Origin: an uncultured delta proteobacterium
Lineage (GTDB): Bacteria; Desulfobacterota; RBG-13-43-22
Assembly (NCBI GenBank): GCA_963802945.1
Contig: CAWDKY010000017.1
Span: forward strand, 128,001-192,000
DNA: 64,000 nt
Direction: 5' to 3'
Every line of letters begins with the position of its first letter. Position 1 is the stretch's first letter. The notes under the pieces were generated by a model. It made no database searches. It worked only from the letters and a program-made list of their open reading frames with translations, and had not been told where the DNA came from. The translations under genes were made by a program, and so were the position numbers. Below are positions 10,443 through 19,731 of this stretch, piece by piece.

Positions 10443-11636
10443 TTATGAAGCCCCACAAAAACCAATAATTGTCTCGGCTACTATTTTAGTAAGGGTTATG
10501 ACCGACTCGAAATCCACGTATTCCGTGGCGGCATGAAACCCCTCCCCGCCGGGGCCGATAATAACCGTCGGTATACCTGCTGCCGTCATGATGGCCGAAT
10601 CCATCCATCCGCTTACGCCGATAAATTCCGGAGCTTGTTTTACGACTTTGGAGTATGCTTTAGCCAAAGCGCCGACTACTAAATGATCCCGAGAAACTTC
10701 GAGGGGAGGCCGGTAAAAAGAGACCTCGAAGCTGGCTTTAAATTGTTCATCTTCCGTACCGATATTTTCGAGCAGGGTTCTCATTTCTTCTTTCACTGTT
10801 TCAACGGATTCTCCCGGTATGGTCCTTCTTTCTAATTCGATCAGACAATAATCAGGATAAGTGCTGAGTTCGGTTCCTCCTTTGATCAGGGAGGCATGGA
10901 TGGAGGGTGAACCCAGCAAGGGATGTTTTTTTTGCACCAAAATGTTATTTCCGAGATTTTCTATTCGGCCTAAAAATTTTCCTGCCTTGACAACGGCATC
11001 AATGCCTTTATCCGGCCGGCTTCCGTGGGCGGCCTTACCGAAAACTTCAACTTTAATCCAGGCGAAACCCTTATGGGCGATACAAACCTTTAAATGGGTT
11101 GGTTCACAGATGATGGCGGCGTCGGCAGAGAAGTCCTTAATCAACATTTCCGTGCCAATACTCAGGTATTCCTCATCGGCTACAAAGGCCAGAATCACAT
11201 CCCCTTTGGGTTTCAGGCCCGCATCCCTAATGGATTTAACGGCGGTCAGCATGGCCCCTAAGCCACTTTTCATGTCAAAGCTGCCTCTTCCGTAAACCTT
11301 GCCGTCTTTAAATACAGGGTTTAAGGGTTCAATGTTCATCCCGGATATGCCGACGGTGTCTGTGTGCCCATTCAGCATGATGGATCTGCCTTCACCGCTG
11401 CCTTTAAGCACACCGATCACATTGACTCGCTTCGGTTTTATTTCCTGATAATGGACCTCCAGACCCATCTTGCTTAAATAATTTCCTAGGTGTTCGGCAA
11501 TCAGGTACTCACCGTTTCCCATACCGGCCAGTTCAGGATTAATTGATTCAATGCGGATCAAATCCTGCACAACCCTTAACAGCTCTTTTTCATCAATAGA
11601 AATATTGCTCAACTCCAAACCCTTTCTAAAATTCAT
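10443..11636 (-). CDS. M20 family ArgE/DapE-like deacylase
   Basis: NGHTDTV, GRGSFDMK, DEE, CEPT, C-terminal HAATE. Confidence 0.9.
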   Translation of the reverse strand: MNFRKGLELSNISIDEKELLRVVQDLIRIESINPELAGMGNGEYLIAEHLGNYLSKMGLEVHYQEIKPKRVNVIGVLKGSGEGRSIMLNGHTDTVGISGMNIEPLNPVFKDGKVYGRGSFDMKSGLGAMLTAVKSIRDAGLKPKGDVILAFVADEEYLSIGTEMLIKDFSADAAIICEPTHLKVCIAHKGFAWIKVEVFGKAAHGSRPDKGIDAVVKAGKFLGRIENLGNNILVQKKHPLLGSPSIHASLIKGGTELSTYPDYCLIELERRTIPGESVETVKEEMRTLLENIGTEDEQFKASFEVSFYRPPLEVSRDHLVVGALAKAYSKVVKQAPEFIGVSGWMDSAIMTAAGIPTVIIGPGGEGFHAATEYVDFESVITLTKIVAETIIGFCGAS

Positions 11637-11673
11637 CAGGTCTTGTCCGACCCCATGTTGAGATGTTGGAAGT

Positions 11674-12150
11674 TCAATTATTTTCCTGGATTTCTTTCAA
11701 TCTGGTTTCAAAGTGCTCCAGATGTTCTTTGAAATGCCTCAGATAATCGGTCAGCAATTCTTCCAGAGAAAAAACCCGTTCGCCAAACCGATCGCCTCCG
11801 AACCAGCGGTTTTTCAAACAATCCGGATTCACATTTTCAATCAGATGGGACAAGTAACGATTATAATATTCGAACAAATTCAAAATGTCGAGCCACCCGA
11901 GCAGATTCCATTTTTCTGCTGCCAGCCATTTTTCATTTTCATAAGACGGGAAATGCAATTTGTTAGCCAGTTGTAATCGGGTAATTCGTTGGTGATTATT
12001 AGAGGCCGAATCAATCAAATGACCGATAATCTCTTTTAAAGTCCACTTGGATTCATCGAGTTTTATTGTCGTTATTGCTTCGGTCAATTGCCGATGCTGG
12101 TCAACGAAGTCACAGGCCAGTTGTTTAAGTGAAGCAGCGATCATTTTCAT
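11674..12150 (-). CDS. DinB/YfiT-family protein
   Basis: KWTLKEIIGHLIDSA, YLRHFKEHL. Confidence 0.85.
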   Translation of the reverse strand: MKMIAASLKQLACDFVDQHRQLTEAITTIKLDESKWTLKEIIGHLIDSASNNHQRITRLQLANKLHFPSYENEKWLAAEKWNLLGWLDILNLFEYYNRYLSHLIENVNPDCLKNRWFGGDRFGERVFSLEELLTDYLRHFKEHLEHFETRLKEIQENN

Positions 12151-12262
12151 GCTTCTATCCTTTTCCTTCCAAGCTCAATCCCTCTTCCCGTTGTATCCCT
12201 AATACAGGGGATCTATTTATTGACAAAAAGGATGTCATTAGAACCGTCCTTTAATACTTGTC

Positions 12263-12445
12263 CTATTTCTGAGCTGTAGTAAAAAAATTGACCAAAAATT
12301 CGCTTTCCTTGGGAGACAGGTTGAACCTTTCCCCGGCCTTGTCAATCAGTTCGGCCAGAGACGGCTTGGGAACCAATTCTCGCTGTTCGCTGATCCAGCT
12401 GATGGCCCTTCGCAGCAATTCACCTTCAGGTAATGGGGCAGCCAT
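12263..12445 (-). CDS. Small hypothetical protein (~60 aa)
   Basis: GGAGG SD before ATG 12445; EGELLRRAISWIS...RFNLSPKESEFL. Confidence 0.65.
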   Translation of the reverse strand: MAAPLPEGELLRRAISWISEQRELVPKPSLAELIDKAGERFNLSPKESEFLVNFFTTAQK

Positions 12446-12516
12446 AAAAATCCTCCTTATTAATTCCATTTGGCGGCCAAAAGAAAAACCCGACCGTTAA
12501 TTCAATTCCAATAAAT

Positions 12517-12621
12517 GAGTTCAAATCTTTTTTCTTGACGTTAGGCCGGCGCGCACTCCTCGTAGAACCCCTTTTTTTCTGAAGAAAGGTTATGAATTGT
12601 CAAGATTAAAAATTTGGCCCC
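12517..12621. repeat. Inverted 24-bp REP-like doublet (REPIN-like)
   Basis: GAGTTCAAATCTTTTTTCTTGACG vs reverse complement of right arm GGGGCCAAATTTTTAATCTTGACA. Confidence 0.55.
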
Positions 12622-12628
12622 AAAGACT

Positions 12629-13268
12629 TTAGCGCTCCATTTTCTTGGCCATGGCGGTAATCCAATTCTTTTGAGGAAGGTTATCAATTTCAACACTATG
12701 GTATCCCGCTTCAGTTAGAAAATCTTTATATTCATCTGGAGTATGAATTCGCATATCGCTTAAGTTAGCCCATTTGGTATTTCGTGTTTCGAATCGATCA
12801 TCTTTATAAACTTCATTGACAAGTAGAAGGGTTCCTCCTGGTTTTAAAACGCGCTTAATTTCTTTCAGATCGTCTATTAAATTCGGCCAAAAATAGTTAG
12901 CTTCAAATGCCGTTGCAAGATCGAACCTATGGTCTGCAAAGGGCAGAGATGAAACAGCGCCATATTTTATTTCCACCAGACCCTTTTTGATCAGAGTCTC
13001 ATTTACCTTTTTTGATAATTGGACCATATCTTCAGAATAATCAATTCCATAAACTTTTCCGTTGGGACAAGACCTGGCTAACTCCTGAACGCCCTTACCC
13101 CCGCCACAGCCAATATCAAGAATGGTTGCATCGGGCTTAATAGACAATGTGACCAATCCCCCAGTGTCTTAATTTAGCATGGCCGAAATTCATCGTTCTA
13201 CCGACAAATCTACCAAATCGGCCTGTCGGTTTTCGGCATTGCTTTACGAATTTTTCAACAAATCCCAT
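12629..13268 (-). CDS. Class I SAM-dependent methyltransferase (frameshift in a G run near 13160)
   Basis: MGFVEKFVKQCRKPTGRFGR from ATG 13268 (AAGGAG SD); LDIGCGGG, VLKPGG in ORF 12629..13156. Confidence 0.85.
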
Positions 13269-13282
13269 GAAAGGCTCCTTTA

Positions 13283-13357
13283 GGGCTTAACGAGGCACAG
13301 GGCAAAGTCCTCAATTGAAAGACATCGTGACCAAGTCGTTCTTTCATGAATGTCCCC
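13283..13357 (-). repeat. 75-bp direct repeat, copy 1
   Basis: Minus strand GGGGACATTCATGAAAGAACGACTTGGTCACGATGTCTTTCAATTGAGGACTTTGCCCTGTGCCTCGTTAAGCCC; colinear with copies 2 and 3. Confidence 0.92.
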
Positions 13358-13391
13358 ATTACTCCCAATATTATTAAAACTCCTTCTTCAA

Positions 13392-15029
13392 CTACGTACT
13401 TTTCAATTTCTTTTTCCTCTGTTTCTCTTCATACATTTGGTTGTCGGCCTGGATCAAGAGGTTATCTATAGAAACCGGGTGCTCCGGGTCATAGCGGACA
13501 ACTCCCATACTCATCGATAATGGATAAGGGCGGTTTGTTTTTTCATTAAAAAGATCGAGGTTCTTCTGCAACCTCTTCAACATTAACTCAGGACCGACTT
13601 CCGGGGCCGCTTCTATAGTCAGGATTACAAACTCATCCCCTCCAATACGGGCCAGGATATCCGGATCACGAAAGGTTTCCTTCAGGATACGGGCGGTGTC
13701 GATCAAGGCTTGATCCCCTTGCAGATGTCCAAAGGTATCATTGATGACTTTCAAATCGTCCAGGTCGTTGAAGAGTAAAAAAGTTCCCCGTTTCATACGG
13801 TTGGCAATCTTCAACTCCTGGCTGGCCAAGGTTAAAAATCCTCGGCGATTATAAAGCCCGGTCAGTTCATCCTCTAAGGACATGGCCTTTAAAGCCTCTT
13901 CGGCCAGCTTTCGCTCGGTAACATCCTGGTTGCTGGCCCTTTGGCCAAGAGTTCTTCCGTCGACACTAACAACGGGATAGCAAACATGAGCAATCCAATG
14001 TTCCCGGCCGTTTCGATCGATAATTCTGAAATCAATTGGAAGCACTTCACCCTTTTCTGATATTTCATGATGATGTCTGATCATGATTTCCCGGTCGTCT
14101 GGATGAATGATCTTATATAAGAGATTGGGATCTCTTAGAAAGTCTTCACGAGGATAGCCGGTAATTCGTTGACAGGAAAGAGAACTGTATAGAAATTTTT
14201 GATTCGGGTCCAACCAATATTCCCAATTATAGGTAAAATCGGCTATCGTGCGAAAGCGTTCTTCAGATCTCTTGAGCGCCTCCTTCTCTTTTTTGCGTTC
14301 AGTGACGTTGCGGATATTACATTGAATGAACCTGGTCTTGTTGATCAGATAGATATCGGCATAAATAACTTGCCCGGCCTTATTTTTTATCGAAACCTCT
14401 TCGTTATGAATCAGGCCGTTCTTATTCAAGATATGGTTTATCTTTTGAATAGCATACAGATCAGGAGGGAAACCCACATCCTGAAGCTTGTTCCCGATGG
14501 ACTCCTCTTCCGAATAGCCAAGCATTTTTCTGAAGGCAGGATTAGTATAGGTTATATTCCCTTGACTTTTTTCGAGAAACAATATCCCGCTCTCTGCGGT
14601 CTCAAAAAGACGCCGATAGCGCTCCTCAGGCTCCACTAATAAATCTTCCTGTCGCCGGCGTCCAGTCAGGTCTTCTATGGCCAGTAAGATTATCTCAGAA
14701 CCGACATCTTTTTGAATGATACGGCGGGCATTGAGCAACATGATTTTAGGCCCGATGTTTGGAAAGAAATGTTCAACCTGATAGTTATCGATTTTTTTGT
14801 CTTGGGGGAGAATATCTTCAAGCAACCTTCGAAGCCAAGGAATATCCCATTGCCGGTTTCCGAGGTCATAGATAAGATGGCCTAAGGTTTCCTTGGATGT
14901 TATCTTAAAGGTTTGATAAAAACTCCTGCTGGCCTTAAGAACCTTCAGGTCTGAACCCAACACTAAAAAAGGCTCACTTACGGTCTCAAGAACGTCTTCA
15001 ACTATAGAGCCTACCTGAGCTTTCAACAC
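13392..15029 (-). CDS. Multi-PAS diguanylate cyclase
   Basis: PAS segments, DELTGLYNRR, NDTFGH, RIGGDEF; start uncertain. Confidence 0.9.
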   Translation of the reverse strand: MLKAQVGSIVEDVLETVSEPFLVLGSDLKVLKASRSFYQTFKITSKETLGHLIYDLGNRQWDIPWLRRLLEDILPQDKKIDNYQVEHFFPNIGPKIMLLNARRIIQKDVGSEIILLAIEDLTGRRRQEDLLVEPEERYRRLFETAESGILFLEKSQGNITYTNPAFRKMLGYSEEESIGNKLQDVGFPPDLYAIQKINHILNKNGLIHNEEVSIKNKAGQVIYADIYLINKTRFIQCNIRNVTERKKEKEALKRSEERFRTIADFTYNWEYWLDPNQKFLYSSLSCQRITGYPREDFLRDPNLLYKIIHPDDREIMIRHHHEISEKGEVLPIDFRIIDRNGREHWIAHVCYPVVSVDGRTLGQRASNQDVTERKLAEEALKAMSLEDELTGLYNRRGFLTLASQELKIANRMKRGTFLLFNDLDDLKVINDTFGHLQGDQALIDTARILKETFRDPDILARIGGDEFVILTIEAAPEVGPELMLKRLQKNLDLFNEKTNRPYPLSMSMGVVRYDPEHPVSIDNLLIQADNQMYEEKQRKKKLKST

Positions 15030-15141
15030 AATGCTTTCCCCGCCAGGTTGAATGATTGATCTTAATTCTTAAACATTCTTTTTCTAAACCAATAGAATAA
15101 CGGGGACAACGTCCCATTTTCTTATAAATATCTTTCTATGC

Positions 15142-16066
15142 TTAATTCCTCTTCCCATAAGGCTTCCGCCCATAAGCAACGATGATATCATCCGTAATTT
15201 TCACGACCCCTTTGCGCTCGAAGTAGTTGCGTGCTTTTATGGTTTCTTTGTTCCTCTCGATCGGAGGGACCTTGGCATACCACCAGTTAGAGGATATAGC
15301 GGCAAAGAAGTCATAGGCTTCCCCTCCGGTCTTGAAAGTGTTCCGCCAGGTGAGCCTGTTGGTCCGGATATCGACCAGGCCGGCTTTCGCCAGGAGTCGT
15401 CGGACCTCTTGTTCCTTCCGAGGCCAGAATTCCAAACGGTAGCCAAGGACATACCGCTTGTTGATTACCCTGAATGAGGCGTCACAGGCTTCCCAATAAT
15501 GCTCGGGACCGTGGGCGCCGACTGAAAGAAGGCCGGCGGGACGAAGAACGCGAACCATCTCGGTCACTGCTTTTTCCGGGTCGGGAAGTAACCCCAGCAT
15601 CATTCCGGTCATGACAAAGTCGAAGCTTCGCATCTTCAAAAGGCAGGGATTCGGCATCAAGCTGACGGAAATCAATGCGGTCGGCGCCGTAGCCTTGTCT
15701 ATCTGCTTTGGTCCGACCTACCTCCAGCATGTAGTTGGAGATGTCTCCGCAGACTACTTTGGACGCACCTTTCTGCAGGGCGAGTAGGGATATGATCCCG
15801 GTGCCGCAACCCACGTCCAGCACTTCCTTGCCTTGGAGATCCACTCCTTCGAGCTGGGCTGTTGCCGCCTTCGTCTGAAACTCCGCTCCCAGCTCATCAT
15901 ACCTGGTCACGTGTTCCGAGAAAGCACCGTCATATCCCTGCCTCATACGGTCCTTCATGGCGGCCGTGTCTCTGGCGTTGCCCGTGAGCCAGGCTAAGAT
16001 GTTATTGGCATTGACCATCAAGGTCATCGGCAGCGAAAGCTTACCGGTCCAAAAAATTGTGGGCAT
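15142..16066 (-). CDS. Class I SAM-dependent methyltransferase (frameshift near 15630)
   Basis: LDVGCGTG, DAESLPF in ORF 15482..16066; EMVRVLRP in ORF 15142..15675; GAGGAGG SD. Confidence 0.85.
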
Positions 16067-16125
16067 AAGATTATACCTCCTCGTTGGAAAATGGGTGACC
16101 CCAATGACTCCTGCAGTTTCTGCTC

Positions 16126-16200
16126 GGGCTTAACGAGGCACAGGGCAAAGTCATCATTTGAAAGACATCCTGACCAAGTCGTTCTTTCATGAATATCCCT
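16126..16200 (-). repeat. 75-bp direct repeat, copy 2 (abuts the LysE stop codon)
   Basis: Ungapped match to copy 1 with a few substitutions. Confidence 0.92.
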
Positions 16201-16862
16201 CAAGTCCAGTTGACACTGTAAATTGTTTTTAAAGCATAATATAAGGCCATTAACCCAAATATTATTAAAATGATGTTGGAAAAAAGAATCAGGCCTTTTT
16301 TTAACTGGTCGTTTATTCTCTTTTTTAATTTACTGACGATAAAAGTAAGTGGGACAAACCATATCAACACTCCCAGCATGATCAATGATACCGATACTAC
16401 CCCATAATTTCTGTAAGTTGGAAATTTAGTATTCCAAATTAGAAAGAAATTCCCTGACACAACAATCCAACCCGCTATGGTCAAAGGATTAGATAAGGTG
16501 ATCAAAATACCGGAAATAAATGTAGCCAGTGGATTAGATTGAAAACCTGATTTATTTTCTTCGATTCCAAGGTTCTTTCTTATTGAACTTATGGATGACA
16601 TTCCAAGAATGATCAATATTATTCCACAAACAATCCAAAGTACGATTTTTAAATATTGATTGTTTGAAATGAGATTGGCAACTCCAATATAAACGAGTGT
16701 TATATAAAAGATGTCCGAAAGACATGATCCCAAAGTGAAAAAAATACTATTTCTGAATCCATATTGAAGCGCTCTTTGACAAGCGATAATAGTGACTGAA
16801 CCCGGAGGAACCGCAACAACTATACCTAACAAAACTGCCGATATTAAATATTCAGTTAACAT
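16200..16862 (-). CDS. LysE/RhtB-family translocator (AT-rich)
   Basis: PPG near N-terminus, ITLSNP, multiple hydrophobic helices. Confidence 0.85.
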   Translation of the reverse strand: MLTEYLISAVLLGIVVAVPPGSVTIIACQRALQYGFRNSIFFTLGSCLSDIFYITLVYIGVANLISNNQYLKIVLWIVCGIILIILGMSSISSIRKNLGIEENKSGFQSNPLATFISGILITLSNPLTIAGWIVVSGNFFLIWNTKFPTYRNYGVVSVSLIMLGVLIWFVPLTFIVSKLKKRINDQLKKGLILFSNIILIIFGLMALYYALKTIYSVNWT

Positions 16863-16974
16863 ATTTACTCAAATCTATTTTCGCCCGATCTCAAAAAAAT
16901 AGGTGACCCGAAGACCAGCGCAGGCTCAATCCCTTTCCTCATGATAAGGATTATGGCTCTTGTTGTTTCTGTTC

Positions 16975-17049
16975 GGACTTAACGAGGCGCAGGGCAAAGT
17001 CGTCAATTGAAAGACCTCCTGGTCAAGTCGTTATTTCATGGACGCCCCC
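16975..17049 (-). repeat. 75-bp direct repeat, copy 3 (most diverged)
   Basis: Ungapped match to copies 1 and 2. Confidence 0.9.
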
Positions 17050-17070
17050 TAACTCATTTCTGAATTAATT

Positions 17071-17137
17071 GGCCAACACCTTTCCTCATAATAATCAGCC
17101 GCAAGTGTACCGAGTCGGCTGGATGATTCTGTTATAA
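17071..17137 (-). other. Degenerate integron attC-like site
   Basis: TTATAAC-AGAATC-ATCCAGCCG...CGGCTGAT (extra C in left arm); GTTGGCC core displaced by ~10 nt. Confidence 0.55.
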
Positions 17138-17313
17138 ATAGCAACTTGATTTGTTGTTAAAGTCTAAATAGGCATTATAGTATTCATAGGGGTATTTAAA
17201 TAATCTTATAAAATTAAATAGTTATTATATGTCTCGTGTGAATTAGAATTAGAATTCACACATTTGAAGCAGTATACCATTTTTCAAACCTATCACAAAC
17301 CTATCAAATTTAT

Positions 17314-18045
17314 TAGGGACATAATACTTATATCACTTTCTAGATGGCCTACCAGGTTTTCTCTTTGACAGATCTCGAGCCGTTAACCGTTCTATTATTT
17401 TCATAAAAGAAGCCTCACCTACCGGTCGCCCGGTACGGGTCATTTTCCGAATCTCTTGATCTTTGTCTTTGGTCGCCTGACTTAAAAAATCCATCCAATT
17501 CTCCACCAAACCTCTTAGAGTTCGATCTTCGACCAACGGGTCCGTATTTCGTCGCCCTACATGAAAAGCAGCGCTGGACCAGGGATAAGCCCACGCCCTT
17601 TTAGCCATTCCAGCTCGCACTGGATTCAACTCCACGTATGCTGTAGCAGCTAATAAATGCCTCTCATCTAAAACACAAGAATTGAACCTTCCTTGAAAAA
17701 GATACCCCCGTACCCCTTCGGCAAAATTTTTCATCCGCGTATAACGACGATGCCCTTCCCCAAAAGCACGCGCCAGAGAATCTTCCTGCTTTGGAACCGC
17801 AATAAAATGAACATGGTTGGTCATTAAACACCAAGCCAAAATTTCTACTCCAAACCGCTTCGTCTCTTCAGACAAAAACTGAAGATAAGTTTGCCGATCT
17901 AAATCGGTCTGAAATATCTCCATCGACCGAACACCGCGCTGTGTGACATGGTGGGGGTACTTTGGTACCACTATCCTCTATATTCTAGCCATAACCTCTC
18001 AATTACCTTACTCACGATATCAATGATATAAGTATTATGTCCCCA
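17314..18045. mobile_element. RAYT (TnpA-REP) element bounded by 22-bp inverted repeats
   Basis: TAGGGACATAATACTTATATCA (17314-17335) and TGATATAAGTATTATGTCCCCA (18024-18045), 21/22 complementary. Confidence 0.85.
17333..17992 (-). CDS. REP-associated Y1/HUH transposase (RAYT); in-frame TAG at codon 5
   Basis: MARI*RIVVPKYPHHVTQRG, MTNHVH (HUH), LFQGRF, YVELNPVRAG, YPWSS. Confidence 0.88.
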
Positions 18046-18101
18046 GATTTAAGCAGAATGCCCTTAAGGGTCGTCGTGCCTGCAGCGAATTGTTATGTAC
18101 C
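18046..18101 (-). other. Left half of an attC-like site overlapping a stop codon; right arm missing next to the RAYT end
   Basis: GGTACATAAC-AATTCG-CTGCAG; the TAA is the stop of 18093..18857. Confidence 0.55.
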
Positions 18102-18857
18102 GCCAGACCTAATCTTTGACATCTTGTTCACAACCTCTACACATAACCCCCACAAATCCTGTACCTCTTGAATGTCATAGATTTTTTCTGGGTGCTGAGT
18201 CGGATTCCTAAACGACGACCTAATGTTGTCTAGGTTTTTCAGTAGTGCTTCGTTCATCTTCGCTCTTCTGTGACTCAAAAGAGCTTGAACCATTGGTCCC
18301 CATAGCATCGGTTTGATACGGTTTTTTTTAACAAAATAACAGTAAAGCTCTCGCAACTCTGACTCTGTGCCACGCAACAAATGAAAAGCAGCGGCGGTAG
18401 GTCGCTCAAAAGCAATGCATTTCCCGGCCTCCGAAAAATCGTACTGAGCGTGCCTGGATAATAAAGAAAAGACTCCCGGAGCCAACAACGAAGGAACATC
18501 TCCTAACAAGCGATCCGTATCAACCCGTTTTTGAGAAACAACATATGCAGTTTTTAGTGTTATTTCTGAATCAAGAGTTTTGCGGAAAACCTTGATCGTA
18601 TTTTGCAGTTCCATTGCCTGTTCGTTCGTTAATTTTGAACCCTCTGGTAGAGCTTTGAATTTTTTTCGAAGCCGGCGCAAATCTTCAGATGCACCCCGAG
18701 ACACCGGAAGATTAAGATCATCTATATACTTCAGAACTACTTCAATATTACTAATTACAAAGAGTTCCCCATAGAGAGGTTGTCCAGGAGGGGCGCTATT
18801 CAAGTAGCGAACGTGCGCACCAAACTTGTAGAACTTTTGTATAGAAATTTTATTCAT
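18093..18857 (-). CDS. Hypothetical protein with HEPN-like C-terminal domain (cassette-like gene)
   Basis: AAAFHLLRGTE and FRNPTQHP (RxxxxH). Confidence 0.65.
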   Translation of the reverse strand: MNKISIQKFYKFGAHVRYLNSAPPGQPLYGELFVISNIEVVLKYIDDLNLPVSRGASEDLRRLRKKFKALPEGSKLTNEQAMELQNTIKVFRKTLDSEITLKTAYVVSQKRVDTDRLLGDVPSLLAPGVFSLLSRHAQYDFSEAGKCIAFERPTAAAFHLLRGTESELRELYCYFVKKNRIKPMLWGPMVQALLSHRRAKMNEALLKNLDNIRSSFRNPTQHPEKIYDIQEVQDLWGLCVEVVNKMSKIRSGGT

Positions 18858-19371
18858 AGGCGCTCTTTAAGGTACAGAACAAGTTATTCTAAAATTTTCC
18901 GTACATCTCCACAAATCAGAAGATTCCTGCGGGTTTCTATTAAATGACAATTCTTTTTATTTGTCTTTTAAAAAGAAGCTTTTTTGTTTCTTCTTCAACT
19001 TACTCATTATAAATTATTAATAATCTTTTGATAGATATTTTATAACCAAGTACTTAACCCTACTGTATATCATTATTAAGGATAGGCAGAAATAGAATGA
19101 TCCTTCATGTCGCCCATTCCCTCCTCAATTCAGATGCAATTTTGGAAATAGTTGTGAAATACAACAACATCAAAATCAAAAGGGTTTTGAGCTTGATTAC
19201 AAAAGAAAGATGTATGACTAAAAGCAACAGGTGTTTGCTTGGGTGGATCTTTTGAGATATGGATCAGGGCCATGAATCTCCTTAAGATCTAAAGAAAGGT
19301 TTTTGTACGAATAAGACTGAAAGGAATCATAGAATATAACTGGCTAATTTGTAAAGGATATTATTTTATGC

Positions 19372-19400
19372 TTGACAAAAGTTAGCAAATTTGCTAACCT
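19372..19400 (+). promoter_or_regulatory. TA operon promoter with palindromic operator
   Basis: TTGACA-17 bp-TAACCT; perfect palindrome GTTAGCAAATTTGCTAAC at 19381-19398. Confidence 0.75.
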
Positions 19401-19407
19401 CATTATC

Positions 19408-19731
19408 ATGAATTATGCGATAAAATATTTCCATGCTCGCGTCAAAGCTGAGATCGAAAGATGGCCGGACGATTTATTGGCTGATTATGCGCGGATAGTG
19501 GAATTATTAATGGAGTTCGGGCCAAATTTGCGAATGCCGCACTCACGGGCTTTGGGCGGCGGACTTTTCGAGTTAAGGCCTCGAGGGCGAGGGGGTATTG
19601 GACGGGCATTTTACTGCTTTATCATTGGTCAGCGCGTTGTATTACTCCACGCCTTCTTGAAAAAAACACAGGATACCCCGGAACAAGAATTAAGAATTGC
19701 CCGGAGAAGAATGAAAGAGGTACAGAAATGA
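19408..19731 (+). CDS. HigB/RelE-like (Gp49-type) toxin
   Basis: GPNLRMPHSRALGGGLFELR, LLHAFLKKTQ. Confidence 0.88.
   Translation: MNYAIKYFHARVKAEIERWPDDLLADYARIVELLMEFGPNLRMPHSRALGGGLFELRPRGRGGIGRAFYCFIIGQRVVLLHAFLKKTQDTPEQELRIARRRMKEVQK

Noticed and set aside
13255-13347. Peptide MKERLG... encoded by the 75-bp repeat
   Set aside because: Copy 3 has TAA at codon 3 and the downstream frames differ; there is no support for coding.
13283-17049. 75-bp repeats as a CRISPR array or canonical attC sites
   Set aside because: They are too long, are separated by 0.8-2.8 kb, have no cas genes nearby, and lack an RYYYAAC arm or end-to-end hairpin.
18900-19370. Integron integrase expected beside the attI-like site
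   Set aside because: AT-rich, with no long ORF or tyrosine-recombinase motif; a ~47-codon minus ORF has no recognisable features.
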